From assembly GCA_001949185.1 (NCBI GenBank), contig BDGG01000016.1:62001-126000 (forward strand): a stretch of 64,000 nt of DNA, in the 5' to 3' direction. The translations under genes and the position numbers were made by a program. The DNA comes from Ramazzottius varieornatus. Lineage: Eukaryota > Animalia > Tardigrada. The notes under the pieces are model-generated. The model saw nothing but the letters and a program-made list of their open reading frames with translations. It was not told where the DNA came from and did no database searches. Of the stretch, positions 25,501-41,506 are shown in pieces (position 1 is the stretch's first letter; each line of letters begins with the position of its first letter).

Positions 25501-28080
25501 AACCGACGCAAAGGAAAGCGCACCTTCTCCATGGTGTGGAACTCCTGCACTTGCTGCAACACATAAGTCTCCAAGACATACTGCGGATCCAGTTCTCTAC
25601 AGAACAAGTCAATGGGGAACGGACAAGGGTTGTATAGCCACAGCTGCTTCTCTGCACCGCCGGCATAAGGTACCACACTGTCAAAGTGTACCACCGACGT
25701 GCTCAGCTCCAGTTCCGGACGAATGCCACACCCTTGGGCTTGGAGGAAGACCACCTGCTGACTGTGGGCAATCTCTAGCCGCCAACCATACTTATACTGC
25801 CGGTCTTCTTGTGGCTCGAAGGACACTTCGTGGTTGCTACACTGACCAGGCTGTAGAGTTCCACAGTAAGGCTGAAAGGCAAAGACCCTGGCCAGACTCC
25901 GCTTGTCCTTTAAGGCTTGTCGCTCTTTCGGCGCTAGACGCTTGCCTTCGCGTATGGTGTCAAAGTCCACGTCATGAGCTCGCCACAGACACGATAAGCG
26001 GCTGTTGTTGATCAGCTGGATGGTGATCTTGGCCAAGTGACCGCATCGTACCAGGCCGAAGTTGAGGGTGGGCAGCCTCAAGTTCCCTCCGACATCCTGA
26101 CAGAAAATGGTGGTGGATCGATGAGAGCGGACGATAGCGGGACAGCGTACTCGTACAGCCAGTTGTGCTTCTTCGATGCAGACTTTGAGCAGCACGGAAA
26201 ACGTCGGACCGCAGTTGGTGTTGAAGGAGACTGTGCAGGTCGAGTGTCCCAGTGGATAGTCGGCTGGGTTGAGGACGAAGCGGATAAGAGCTAGTTCTCG
26301 TGGCGGAAGACGGTTGTGCCGGTTGAACTCGATGGTCAGCTTCTTGCGTAGCCAGTCGTTGTTCTGCTTCAAGCTGAAGGTTAAGACATTCTCGCCCAAG
26401 TTTAAAACATGGATCAGACGAGCTGTCATCGGGCTTGAGATGCCCAGGAAGCCGAAATCCAATACGTAGCAAGTTCGTTGAGGTACACAGATGACGTCGG
26501 TGCAGTCCTGTAAAGCATAGTCGCCGGACACGGCCTCATCGTCTGGTTCCTGCAATAAGGCATGGCGCTTGTCAGAGTGGCAAAGGAACACTGATCCCAG
26601 TCACCTTACGGTATGTTTGCTGGCCTAATCAAGTTGACACATCTCGTGCCGGAAGTGGCGGGAAGACTGCCAGACAGGAAACGTCCACAACAACCTTCTC
26701 GAAGAGCACTTTTTGGCGTGCAGTATCTACACAGAAAACACATTTATGCGTTAGCTGTACCTGCCACCAGAGCCATTTCCCATCTGGCAGTTTCACAGCA
26801 TTTGTCAAAAGGAAATTTACATGCACGAAAGAATCAATTGTGTCATTTTTTGCTCATGCTAACTCGCACAAAGGTAAGCGGGACACAACGGCCGAAATGT
26901 CGGCCTCGATAAAGTCACTATGCCCACGTCGCACAATATTTTTTTATCAAAAGCCAGATTGAAAAACATGGGCTTCGATCGATAAAAATATCAACCAGGA
27001 AGTCTAAACTTGCTCGGTCTGTAGAATGTCTAAAAACCATACCTGTGTCAGATGTCAGAACCATACCTGTTGTTCGAAAACCGTTTCCCGGATATCCTGG
27101 TGCGGATGGCCGATTACCGGTAGATTGACTTGAACTGCGGCGGCCAGAGTATGGCCGAATACCCGCACTTGGAATGGTACTTCGCCAGGAATTTGCAGAC
27201 CGAAGAAGCGAGAAAAGTTTCCGGCTTGTGCCGATGGCAGATAGAAGACATCGAGGAGAGTTTCGGCGGCGGCCTGGACCACGCCCTGTAACGGTCTGAC
27301 ATACACCTTGTCCTCTTGCAGCGAGTCCATCGCTTGCTTCGTTAGCTCTTCCGCTTCCAGGACGGAGTATTGAATGACATGATGTCCCTTATTGATCAGG
27401 CGAAGCGTTTGACGACAGACTTTGCCTGCTACACAGTTGGTCAAATCGACGGCCTTGGGCTCCAGACTAACGTTGAGATGATGACAAGAACCCACCAACT
27501 GAATAGCTTGGACCGTTCCGCCGTCGGTGGTTATGAGCAGTTGAGCATGAACAGTGGTGATCCACAATGGGCAGAAGACGATAGTTAGTTGCTGCTCTGC
27601 CATAGATGCCATTGTTCCCGACCAGGGTTCCACCTGGAAGAAGTGGCCAACCTGGTCGTCGCATTTGTCTTTTAGCTGTCCGAAGGTCTCGTACCAGAAA
27701 GTGGGGATGACTGACTGGTTCAACCTATCATCTGCATCGCAAGTGTCAGGTCCATCTTTGTTGGCAAGATAAGGCTGGCCTGTAGTCGCACGGCGCCCAG
27801 CGAGCTTGGCCCAGAAGAAGGAAGATTCAGCATTGGGTACGGCGGTCAATCTGGTATCCGCCACGATGCTGCAGGAGAAGCGGAGGGTATCGAGCGAGCG
27901 GTTGACGATGTGGCATATCTGTCGGGTCGTCTCGAAGGGTTTGCAAGAGCCAAAGTCCATCAAGAGATGGGATACCCACAAGCCTCCCTTTTCTTCGCTG
28001 CTAATCGGGGCTCCCGCACGTCCGATCTTCTCCTTGGAGAGCGCCTGAATGACCTGGTGCATGTCCTGACTCCCGGCCAT
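13574..28080 (-). CDS. HYDIN: HYDIN-like axonemal central-pair protein (~4,180 aa; ASH/MSP-type repeats and a P-loop region)
   Basis: Eight exons join in frame (12,540 nt): 27067-28080, 25172-26549, 23932-24895, 21558-23601, 20788-21371, 18980-20597, 14560-18783, 13574-14287. Repeated 'DFG..V...L.I.N....P..G.L' modules, P-loop IIHGPPSCGKT, LFFGPLLVGK, LVNNWLQKSQSF and a C-terminal WVYYIK. Confidence 0.85.
14405..14502. repeat. Palindromic element in HYDIN intron 14288-14559
   Basis: Cores 14420/14455, 25-nt spacer. Confidence 0.85.
18855..18962. repeat. Palindromic element in HYDIN intron 18784-18979
   Basis: Cores 18888/18921, 23-nt spacer. Confidence 0.8.
20636..20750. repeat. Palindromic element in HYDIN intron 20598-20787
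   Basis: AAACAAGCTCGACCAG...CTGGTCGGGCTTGTTT arms; cores 20672/20706, 24-nt spacer. Confidence 0.88.
21415..21535. repeat. Palindromic element in HYDIN intron 21372-21557
   Basis: Cores 21451/21486, 25-nt spacer. Confidence 0.85.
23705..23826. repeat. Palindromic element in HYDIN intron 23602-23931
   Basis: Cores 23745/23780, 25-nt spacer; CGGCGAACAAACTCGAC left arm. Confidence 0.85.
23837..23895. repeat. Short imperfect tandem repeat (TACTCATGAA-like)
   Basis: Repeated CATGAATA/TACTCATGAATA units next to the intronic element. Confidence 0.6.
24961..25165. repeat. Palindromic element, double copy in HYDIN intron 24896-25171
   Basis: Cores 25001/25036 and 25079/25114, both with 25-nt spacers. 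Confidence 0.9.
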
Positions 28081-29273
28081 GTTTGTCGCAGTTGGCTCAC
28101 AGTGAGGGAAATTCTTGTTCCTAGCTTGAAGGGGGACAACTGTTGTTCAACAGGCAACAAGCGCTTCTCGCCATCCCCACCGAAACACCGAAAATGAATT
28201 TCAATCCACAAACACCAACTTCCGCCGACGGAAAAAAAATCACAGACTGAAGATTCGTGGTCCTGAAGACGAATTAAGTTGCATACACACAAGATATTAG
28301 GCTCGCTAACGATTTCTGGAGCAAGAATGGACTATCTGAGACTTTTACCTAAGGAGCTGCTGTACGAGTGAGCGTGATTATCGCGAATTTGTGATGGCAC
28401 TGCTATGATCCTCTAAACGGTGCTCCCCTTGTATCAGGAACGTCCGTTAATTGTTCATACATCAGGGTCTTTTAACTATGCAGGTACTCCAGTTGTTTGC
28501 TGAGCAACACTTGAAGCGAAAACGGAAGACCTTGGAGCCAGAAGTGTGCCATCTATGCCTCGTACCGTTCTGTAGCTCCAGATTCCACCAAGGTACTGGT
28601 CGTTAAGTCTATGGGCCTACAACTGACTGAACAAGGAAGCCCCCGACCTTCCTTCCTAACTAAGCTTCGCGCGCGCGCGAAGCTTTCGTGTTCGTACGGA
28701 GCCGACGTCGCGCGAGAACACACGGGACTGGAGACGATCTTGCCAAGAAATATCTTTAATAGGAAATGACATGGTAACAAAAATGAAAAGGTTTAAATTA
28801 TAAACAAGCAGCGCATCGTCAGACAGATGCAACGAGTCCAGTCTGCTCGTCGCGGTCGTACAGATAAATTATGGAAAGAGCAGACAAAGCTTTCAGCACA
28901 ATTTCATACAGCGAGCGATACAGCCAACCTGATCAAAAGGCAATAAGTAAAAATTCTCAGCTACAGTAAGAAGCGCTACTCAGAAGATCCACTAATAATT
29001 AGAATGAATGATATCCTGGCCCAAAGTATACAGGACAGAGAGTAACGTAGCAGCATACAGGAAACGTTAGATCCCTGGTCTCGTCCTCATCGTTGACTCA
29101 GTTCGTGTCTCTATGCGCTACAAGCAACGAAGCTTATTAAAAGGTCTGCAGGTTTATTTTGAGTATGTAAACAAGAAACAGATTTCCAGGCGGTTGATAT
29201 ATGGCAGAAGCACAGAAGAAGACGAATAAGAAGGAGGAGCAGGAGCGTAGGCTGAAATTAGAAAGCTGACGGC

Positions 29274-33385
<4,112 letters not shown>

Positions 33386-33627
33386 GGTGGGCCCGTCGAT
33401 GCGAAATGGGATCCGCCCGTAGACGATACTCCTCCTTCTGCTGGGAGACGATGGTTACGAGGTAATCCCAGTCTCACTACCTCAGTCAGGAATGAACAAG
33501 ATACCTGACTTTTGGATCGAGAAAGATCCCTGCAAACGCAATGAAGGCACACAAACAGCAAGATGAGCAAATGCGGTGTTCAAAATTCCCACTTTCTCAG
33601 CACTGGCCTGGTGCTAAATGACGAGAA

Positions 33628-33899
33628 TGACGTCAACAGCTGGAACTACAGGCAAGCACGATCTTGTTCGTGACGTCTGTACAAGCTCCTTTTGTTCCTG
33701 GCGTTCGGTCAATTTCTCACTGCGAACACGTCAGACGTGAAAATGATGTCATGGCCTTCGTCGGTTACACCGTTTGTGAACAGACGGTTTGCCACAGTGG
33801 TGCATACGGAGCATAGTGGGCCGTTGTACAGACAGGTCACGTCGCGAAGGCGTGATCGGACGTTTTTGATACTGATTCACCTGATTGGTAGATGACGTT
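33628..33899. promoter_or_regulatory. CRE/ATF-like cluster in the PP1 / bromodomain-gene bidirectional promoter
   Basis: Full TGACGTCA at 33628-33635 plus several TGACGT/CACGTC half-sites between the divergent start codons. Another TGACGTCA lies at 1410-1417 between MAP2K1 and MPG. Confidence 0.35.
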
Positions 33900-34456
33900 A
33901 CAGCTCACAAGACTGCACTATGTCTCACGGTAGTCTTGCAACGTGCTGTAAATTTATTTCTCATTTTCCAAGGTTCCTTCGTTATTGATCTTACTCTCCG
34001 GCGCAGGAAACGGGGTTGGAAAAGCTTATAACGAAGGTAGCTTTCTTTCCCGAGTACGAATTTTCGTTTCAGACCGAAAAGTACGCATGCTGTGATTCTT
34101 AGAGACAGAGGAACGAGAAGAAGCCTGATCAACGGCTGCGAAGCGGTGAGGATCGTCTGATGTCGACATCAGCCACGATCTCACAAATCTCGTGTCTTCT
34201 GGAGTGAACTTCCCTCAGAAAGAAGTCTAGGTAAGTTCTTTGATACTTGGTTATTCGTAGGTTTGAAGCTGAAGACGGTATATGACTCTTTTTTAAGTTT
34301 TTGAACGTATTCTGTGTGTGTTGTGGTTTTCCGCCGGTTCCTTTTGATTGATCGATTTATTGGCACAGTCACTCATCTTCCTGTCGTCTTCCTCGCAACT
34401 GTGAACCATCACCGTCTTCGTTTCAGATATTCATCCCGACTCTGTCATCCTCCAAG

Positions 34457-35915
34457 ATGGTAGGTACCTCCTAAGCAATCTTTTTATCGAAAAAGGTTGA
34501 CTCTGGACAGGAGAATGTTTCCAGACACTATTCCTGATCTAGGATCAAAGGTGTCTTCCGATGCTTCTTCGTCAGCTCATTTCTTGCTCTTTTTTAGGCG
34601 GTTACTCCTGTCAAGTCTGTGATCACCCCTGAGGTGTTAAAGAAGCGACAGATGGATTACTGTAAAAAGATAGTGAACGTGATGTTAAGCAAGCAGCACG
34701 CCGACTACGCTTGGCCCTTCTACAAGCCCGTCGACGCGGAGGCGTTGGGCCTGCACGATTACCACCGCATCATCAAGAAGCCGATGGATCTGTCGACCAT
34801 CAAGCGTAACCTAACCAAGTTCCGCTACCAGACTCCAGAAGAATGTGCCGCCGATATCCGGCTGATGTTCTCCAACTGCTATCGCTACAACCCCGCAGAC
34901 AGCGACGTTGTAGCAATGGCTTGGCGCTTGCAGGTAGTTATTGCAGTCCGATTAATCATGTTAGAGGTTTAGGGTGAATGTATCCCTCTTAAGGAAGTCT
35001 TTGAGGCCGACTGGGCCATGTTACCTGATGAAAAAGAGTGGAAGAAGTCGGTGGAACAGAAGGAACAGCCTTCGCCACCAAAGACGAAGAAACCCATCAT
35101 CCTAACCCTTCCCAAAGTTACCAAACGAGCGCTTCCCACCGAAGAACCGAAAGAAGTCAAGAAAGCCCGAGTGGCTGAAAATGCGGATAGCCCGACGTTA
35201 CCAGCGGTTAGTAGTCCTTTCTACTTTTTCATCATGCGAAGTTTTGCGAAGGCCGAGTTGATTCTGCCTTTTTTCCTACGAGAATGCCTGTCAGGTTGGT
35301 GCCGGGCACGGCCTTGTCAACGGTAAAGGGGTAAAATGGGGGAGAACCGGTATTCTCTCTTTGGTTTGTTTGAAGGGTCCATTTGGATGTGGAGTGACTT
35401 TACAGGTTGAGTCGGTCCAGTCAGAGGTAGTGGTGGTGGAACCAGCGAAAGAATCGACAGTTCCGGTGGTTGAACAACCTGCTCCGTTGGCAGCTGAGCC
35501 TGTCAAGGCACCCGAACCACTACTGAAGAACTGGAAAGCTGCCTTCAGCAAGGGCGTCTCCTCGGCCAGCAGTGTTCCCACTGCAACCTTCGAGAGTTCT
35601 TTCGAGCAGTTCCGCAAGCAAGTGCGGGCCAAGGAAGAGCGAGAGAAAGCCCGCGTAGACAATCTGCGTCTCTTGCCAAAGATTTACCAGTCGTCGCCCT
35701 CCTCCAGCGTCTCCTCTGTCAGCTCGCCACCGACTTCGCCCGTCATTCCCATGAGATCTCCCGAGTCACCTTCCGACAAGGTGGCCCCCGACACGTCCGA
35801 CCGGGACAGAAGACGCAAGGAGGAAGCCGAGAGACGAAGGAACGCTGCCACGGCCGGAAGAGTCGACCTGACACACCAACAAGAAATTTTCGCTAATTTC
35901 GAACAGACTATGTAG
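34457..35915 (+). CDS. Short BET-like protein: one bromodomain plus a BRD4-type C-terminal motif (~350 aa)
   Basis: ATG exon 34457-34459, then exons ~34598-34933, 34994-35206, 35406-35915. BD2-like [37 protein letters not shown]...[10 protein letters not shown]; tail [18 protein letters not shown]...[17 protein letters not shown]. Confidence 0.85.
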
Positions 35916-36433
35916 AAAGAGAATCTCCCGAAAGCCTTTACCAATATAGCATATCTCTCTATACTGTCTGTAGATTAGAATATGCGATTTTTCGGTGACG
36001 AAAGAGTTTTTGCTGTATTCCTTGAGTTTCGGGGGAGCTGGTTTATGAGTTTGACAAGTAGCAGAGGAAGGGGAAAATGTGTCGAAAAAAATGGATAGTA
36101 TTACGATACACCAGCATTCTTTCTCTCTTTTGTGTACAGTGAGGTGTACACTTCTTTTTAGATAATGATAGATAAAATGCTATTGGTCTTTTTACTAACT
36201 TACTTGGGTGGATTTGTTTTTTTTGCGGTTCAAGGATGACTTCGATCCGCTTCGTTTGAAAGGAATATTTGGTACGGAAAATGAAACAGAAAATGAATAG
36301 AAAATGTGTGCTATGAACCTCGACTCACTCCTGAGCTGAATATTTATAGCATTCATGAGTTCCGCCTAACACAGGGAAAGACTTCCACCTTGGGGAATAG
36401 AGGCTTTCACCTTCGTCTGGAAACTCATTTGTT

Positions 36434-36540
36434 AGGCCGGCAAACGAAACGTACAAGATCGCTATCTCAAGTGGCGCACCGTTTGATTGGTGTTTACTGG
36501 AACTACGCGCGACGTGGATGGACGATTGTCTACTGGCCTA
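36434..36540. repeat. Palindromic element between the bromodomain gene and the TTC8 3' end
   Basis: Left arm GCCGGCAAACGAAACGTACAAGATCG...CAAGTGGCGCAC; right arm degenerate. Confidence 0.75.
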
Positions 36541-36609
36541 CGTACTGTGTAGTCTGCTGATTTCACATTTATAGGAATGAAGAATGGGATCGAAATACGT
36601 TCTTTGAGT

Positions 36610-38556
36610 CTATAGGGCGTTGATTGTGACGTTCAAGCGAGCCAACAAGTCTTTCACGTCCTTGTCCACAGCACCGAGACTGTTGGTGCTTTCAGCGGCC
36701 ATCTGGGCATACTTGAAGGCGTTGCCGTAATCGCCAGCCTCCCCATAGCATAACGCCAAATTGTACAGGGTGTCCAGTGAGGCTTCTTCTTTGCCGGTCG
36801 AAGAAACGCTGACAGTAAAGAAGGTGATGGCTTTTTGGAGGTCCTTCTCGAAGTACGCGATGTGAGCCAGACCAGCCAGCGCGTCCGGGCTGGAGTTGCC
36901 TGTGGAGATGAGCGACAACCGGAAGCAGCGTCGGGCGCATTCCATCTCCCCGCTGCACAGGAAGATGTAACCGATGTTGTAATACAGGACGGACAGTTGC
37001 TCTTTGTTGCACAGAAGAAAGGCGTTCTCGAAAGCCGACCACATCTGAAATGTGTAAAAACAGGCGCAGTTTAACGTCAGCGCGGCGCAGGGACGTCAAC
37101 ACGCGGACTGTGGCGCTTTCTCTATTAATAATAATCACCAGGTCCGTCTGCTGGCTGAAAAAGCAACACATTCCGACGTTGATAAAGACCTCAGCGGTGT
37201 GGACTCCCATTTGGAGAATCCGTCTGAAACAAGGTTGGAAATCACATGACACGCCAAGCTTGGCACCTGCACCGCATCCTGAAAAAGGTACCTGTAGTAT
37301 CGAAGAGGAAGTTCGGGTTGATCGTTGTAATAGCACTCCATTCCCACGCATGCCAGCGCTTCGAAGTTCATCGCGTCGATCTTCAGAGCGTCTCGGTAGT
37401 AAAGCGTTGAGTTTGTCAAGTCATCCAGTTCTTCGTAAATTCTGGCGGCGCCCAACAGCATGGCTGGCTCGTACGGAAATGTACTGTTCCCCTAGAGAAG
37501 ATTTAAAACGAAATAATATCGTTTCCAAGTTTCTCCAGATTTCACGGTCCACCGACGCCTCACATTTTTGTACGACTCGATAGCTTGTGCAGGTAAGTCG
37601 ATCCTTGCATAGACCTTCGACAACCAGAGGAAATTATCGGGATGAGGAAAGAGCGCAACGGCCTGTTGAAAGTCCTTTTCGACTTCCCGATGAAGGCCCA
37701 GCCTGTAATGACACATGCCTCTTCGGGACAGCCACCACCAGTCTTTCGGGTCCAGCTCGCAGGCTGCGTTCGCCATTTCAAGAGCCAATGCGGTCTCGTG
37801 ATCGTGGAAGAACATGTACTCAAACAGGGGTTTTGCCAGGTATCTCTTCTGTGTATACTTGGACAAGTTCAGTCGCGAGAGAACGATGAAGGGTCCATTG
37901 GGCGATGTTATCATTGAGGCTGTTCCTTGTCGCAGCATCTTCCCGATTTTGGCAGTCAGTGGCTGCTGACCTGTAAAAAGGTCGACTGATTAAAATCCTC
38001 TGCCAATTTTTCTACGGTATTTTACAGATGGTCCGCGATGACGTTATTACGATATTGGTATTCAAATACATTCGGAACGATTACGTCATGTGGGATTCGA
38101 GCCGAAGAAGTTGCATCATATTCATATTATTAATAATCATAAACGCTTTGATCTTTACGTTGTACCTGTTTGTATTCCGCGTCCAGTCGTCATCGCGCCT
38201 CTCAGGCTGGCGGTAGTCTGTCGGCTGGATGGTCGGAGCATCCCACTGACAGGTCTGCCCGTTTTCCTGGACATCGGCCTGGCCGTGGCTCCAGGTCGGC
38301 CTGGCATGGCGGTGCGCAGCGATGTGCCAGCCCGTGGGTTGGAGGCGATGGCACTTTCGTCCATCAGCTGGTCGACTACTCCTTCATATTCCATTTCATA
38401 CTCGTCCACGTAGACTTGCTGTGTTAGAGCTCGCATCTTCAGAGCCCAAACAGCCTCGTTCTGCGGATCTTTCTCCAGTAGCTTGGTCGCGATCTTGCTG
38501 ACGTCCTCATACCTTCGCAGTTCGAATAACCGTAGCGCCACGTAGTATGGATTCAT
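36610..38556 (-). CDS. TTC8: Tetratricopeptide repeat protein 8 (BBSome subunit BBS8)
   Basis: AVWALKMRALTQQVYVDE, RPMSRKTGRPVSGMLRP, LRQGTASM, LAKPLFEY, DWWW and YYNDQPELPLRYYRRILQMG. Five exons. Confidence 0.93.
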
Positions 38557-39237
38557 TCAGTGTTGGTAATTCGATCGAAGGCAACCAATCTGACAGAAAG
38601 CTGACATAAGAAGATGATAACGGAGGCTGCTTCGCAGACCTGTGTATTCGAAATTGGTCCACCAGCAAGACGGAAGATTCTATACCGATCAGATGTGCAG
38701 TCTGTAGGTACGGGTAAAGTATCTGCGCGGACAGGAGACTCTTTCGTGGGTCGATACTCGGGTTGATGCTGCTCAGATGCTACAGACGACACTGTACCTT
38801 TGAGGTAACTCTTTCACACACAATTCCTTCGCTATCGATTTAAGGGTGCGTCCGAGCTCCAGGCTTCCCGTTTGTTCCGTTGATCTTCTTCCGCATAGGT
38901 GGCGCCACCTTCTGGAAAGGACTACACGACTGCGAACTCCGTTTCGGGAACCACGAAAGGAAAGGAACCAGAAAAGATTTATGGACACGCTTTCCTTGAT
39001 GTAGGACCTTGCGCTTTTTGAAAGGTAGCTCTCAGGGAAAACAGTTTTCCTATAGGGTATAGTACCTGCTGCAGTAAATGGTTGAATAACTCCGAAATGT
39101 TTATTAATGCGGCGAAATTGGGTAAGATACTGACTCTGATACTGTATATTCAAGAAAATTGAATCGAAATTAACAGGCAGCAGTCACAGTGTACCAGCGT
39201 AAATTTTCTCAACAAAGAAAGGCTTGACCACAGGATG

Positions 39238-41506
39238 TCAGATGTATCGGTTTGTTCCCGAGTCACTCGAGCATGCATTCGGTTTTCCGAATTCCAGGGT
39301 TTCCGTGATGGTTACGCACTGGCAGGCTTCATTTTCAACTTCCAGCTCGTCCAGATACTCGACGGAATACATCACGTCATCCCCGTTCAGCACCACGTTC
39401 TCGTCATCCTGCAAGCAGGAGAACTTATCATTCACGATTCGTCGTCACAGTGTAACTTCATTAGTTCGGTATGCTTTGTCAAAATTTTCGGTTTACAGAG
39501 CGGTGGATCGCTGCAACGAAAAAAAGAGATTGTTGGATCTCTCGGAGAATTACTCAAGCCAAGAGAACATTGGTATAATATGATGGTAACGACTTAACGC
39601 CACTCGGAAATGTGGCCTAACAGAGCGTGGATGATTGCTTTTAAGGAAGCGGAAGTGCCAGCAGCTGCCAGCGACATATGCACCATCCCCAACCATCTTT
39701 CCTCAGGACGCGAAAGCCATAGAAAACGCAATTTCATAATATTTCCATCAAGGTGAACCGTTCGACTATTGTATCGGAGCGGAGATTATTTAGTACGTTT
39801 CTTGTTTTCGAATGATTGGCCAACCTTGACCGAAAACAACAAGGAAGTGAATGCAAAAGAAATTGGCGAAAACGGGCGGTTCATTCTCGGAAAAAATGGG
39901 ACAGTACTAGTATTAAAAGAGCAATTGTTGATTAAACGGAGCCACTTTTGCATTTGAAAAGAAGCAATAACCTGAGCTGTCGGGGATGGAATGAGGGAAT
40001 ATGGCTAGGGAACCGTGGCCATATCCTTCCTTTTGTGTACGATATAGGGGGCTTTCCGAATGGTTACACAATACTGTAATGTTTCTGCACGATGCTTCAG
40101 CGGCGTCATTTACATGATAAACAAATCCTAAGAGACCATCTTTCTTTACACTGATTGTGAGTAAAGTTTCTCTTGACTGATCCTAGCCCGTTCTCAGCGC
40201 ACTAAGCCCAAGAGCCCGCGCCGGCCATCACAGTCTATCAGGCCCACATTTGCACCCACCCAATGTTAACAGCAACCCATCAGTTTATAACACCACAGAA
40301 ACATTCCACAGTCCTGACAGAAAAATCCCCCATGCAAATGTCACGCTAGCATTTGCGTACGCGGAAGCTGATTGAGAATCAAGAAAAGAGTTACTGGAAA
40401 TCCGCGGCTTCATTGTCAGCATATTCATCCACTTGCCTACGTGGACGCTTGTCAGCGCAACGTCCAGATGTTTGCAGGTCCGTGAAGCCTTCGGTGTTTT
40501 CTATAGACTTCCGGAAAAGTTAGTCTTCCTCAGCGTTCTATTTTGGATAGTGTTCTCGTTTTGTTGGTTGCTTTTAGCAGGATGGAATCGTAACTATGCT
40601 TTGTCCAGAGTTTGCAGAAAGTTTGACCCTAGGGAGCACCTCGACACAGTTTCACACTTTGGCGCTAATGGAACGATGAACACAGCCGCAAGCGGTGGAC
40701 CCATTACGAGCCATCTGTGTCTCCCAGAAAGTCTTTCATCCTCTCCCGAACAGAAAGTCCGACAAGAAGGTACCGACCGAACAAAGTAATTACTTTTTTA
40801 CTACTGCCTATTAGTGCCATAAAACAGTATTCCCATTTGGTAACGGGGCACGAGGAATATGGAACTGTAAATTTGATGGTTACTTACGCAAACGTCGAAA
40901 GAAAAGGGTTGGGTGGTTTCACTCAAGGCCACTTTTTTGACGAACAAAATGATGCCGAAGATTAGTAGGGAAACGGCGGCACAGATGAGCGGCGTAAACA
41001 AATGACTGAGGCCATCTTGATGATTAGCCTGCAAGACCACAAAAAACTGTGATTATACATCTTTGAAATTTCTCTATTGCCGAAGTTCGTATTTTCGTCC
41101 CAATTGACTTTCCCTTACCAATGTTGAGCTGGATTTTGAATAGGAAAAATCTGAAAATCAACACAGGTCAGTATCAGCGGAAGCAATTGCGGACCGTAGA
41201 TAATGGCCTTAAACTTCAGCTTAGCAAATTCGAAGCCTGTGCAGTAGTGGAGTTGTATCCGCTCCAGGATTCATGGTGCAACAAGGAGATTTCTCACCTT
41301 GCGATTCCAAAAGATGGGACCGAGAGAGGTGATTGGTAAAGACCGGTGCGAAATTAAGAAGGTTCTCGGAAACGTTTTGTTCTGCAGTCGTAGACACCGG
41401 TAGTATGACTGGAGAACTAGACGCGTTGGTTGTGGAGGTGTTGTGAAGAGGTCCCGAATTTTCGACAGCTGCAGATTGATTGCGATTAGAAAGGATAGGT
41501 GCCACT
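39238..41506 (-). CDS. Possible uncharacterised single-pass membrane protein (Ser/Thr-rich ectodomain, TM helix, acidic tail); boundaries uncertain
   Basis: Minus-strand ORF segments follow plausible acceptors: S/T-rich NTSTTNASSSPV, hydrophobic LICAAVSLLIFGIILFVKK and acidic DDENVVLNGDDVMYSVEYLDELEVENE. No recognised family and no start codon found. Confidence 0.35.

Noticed and set aside
13914-28197. Many plus-strand ORFs overlapping HYDIN
   Set aside because: They are antisense shadows of long coding exons.
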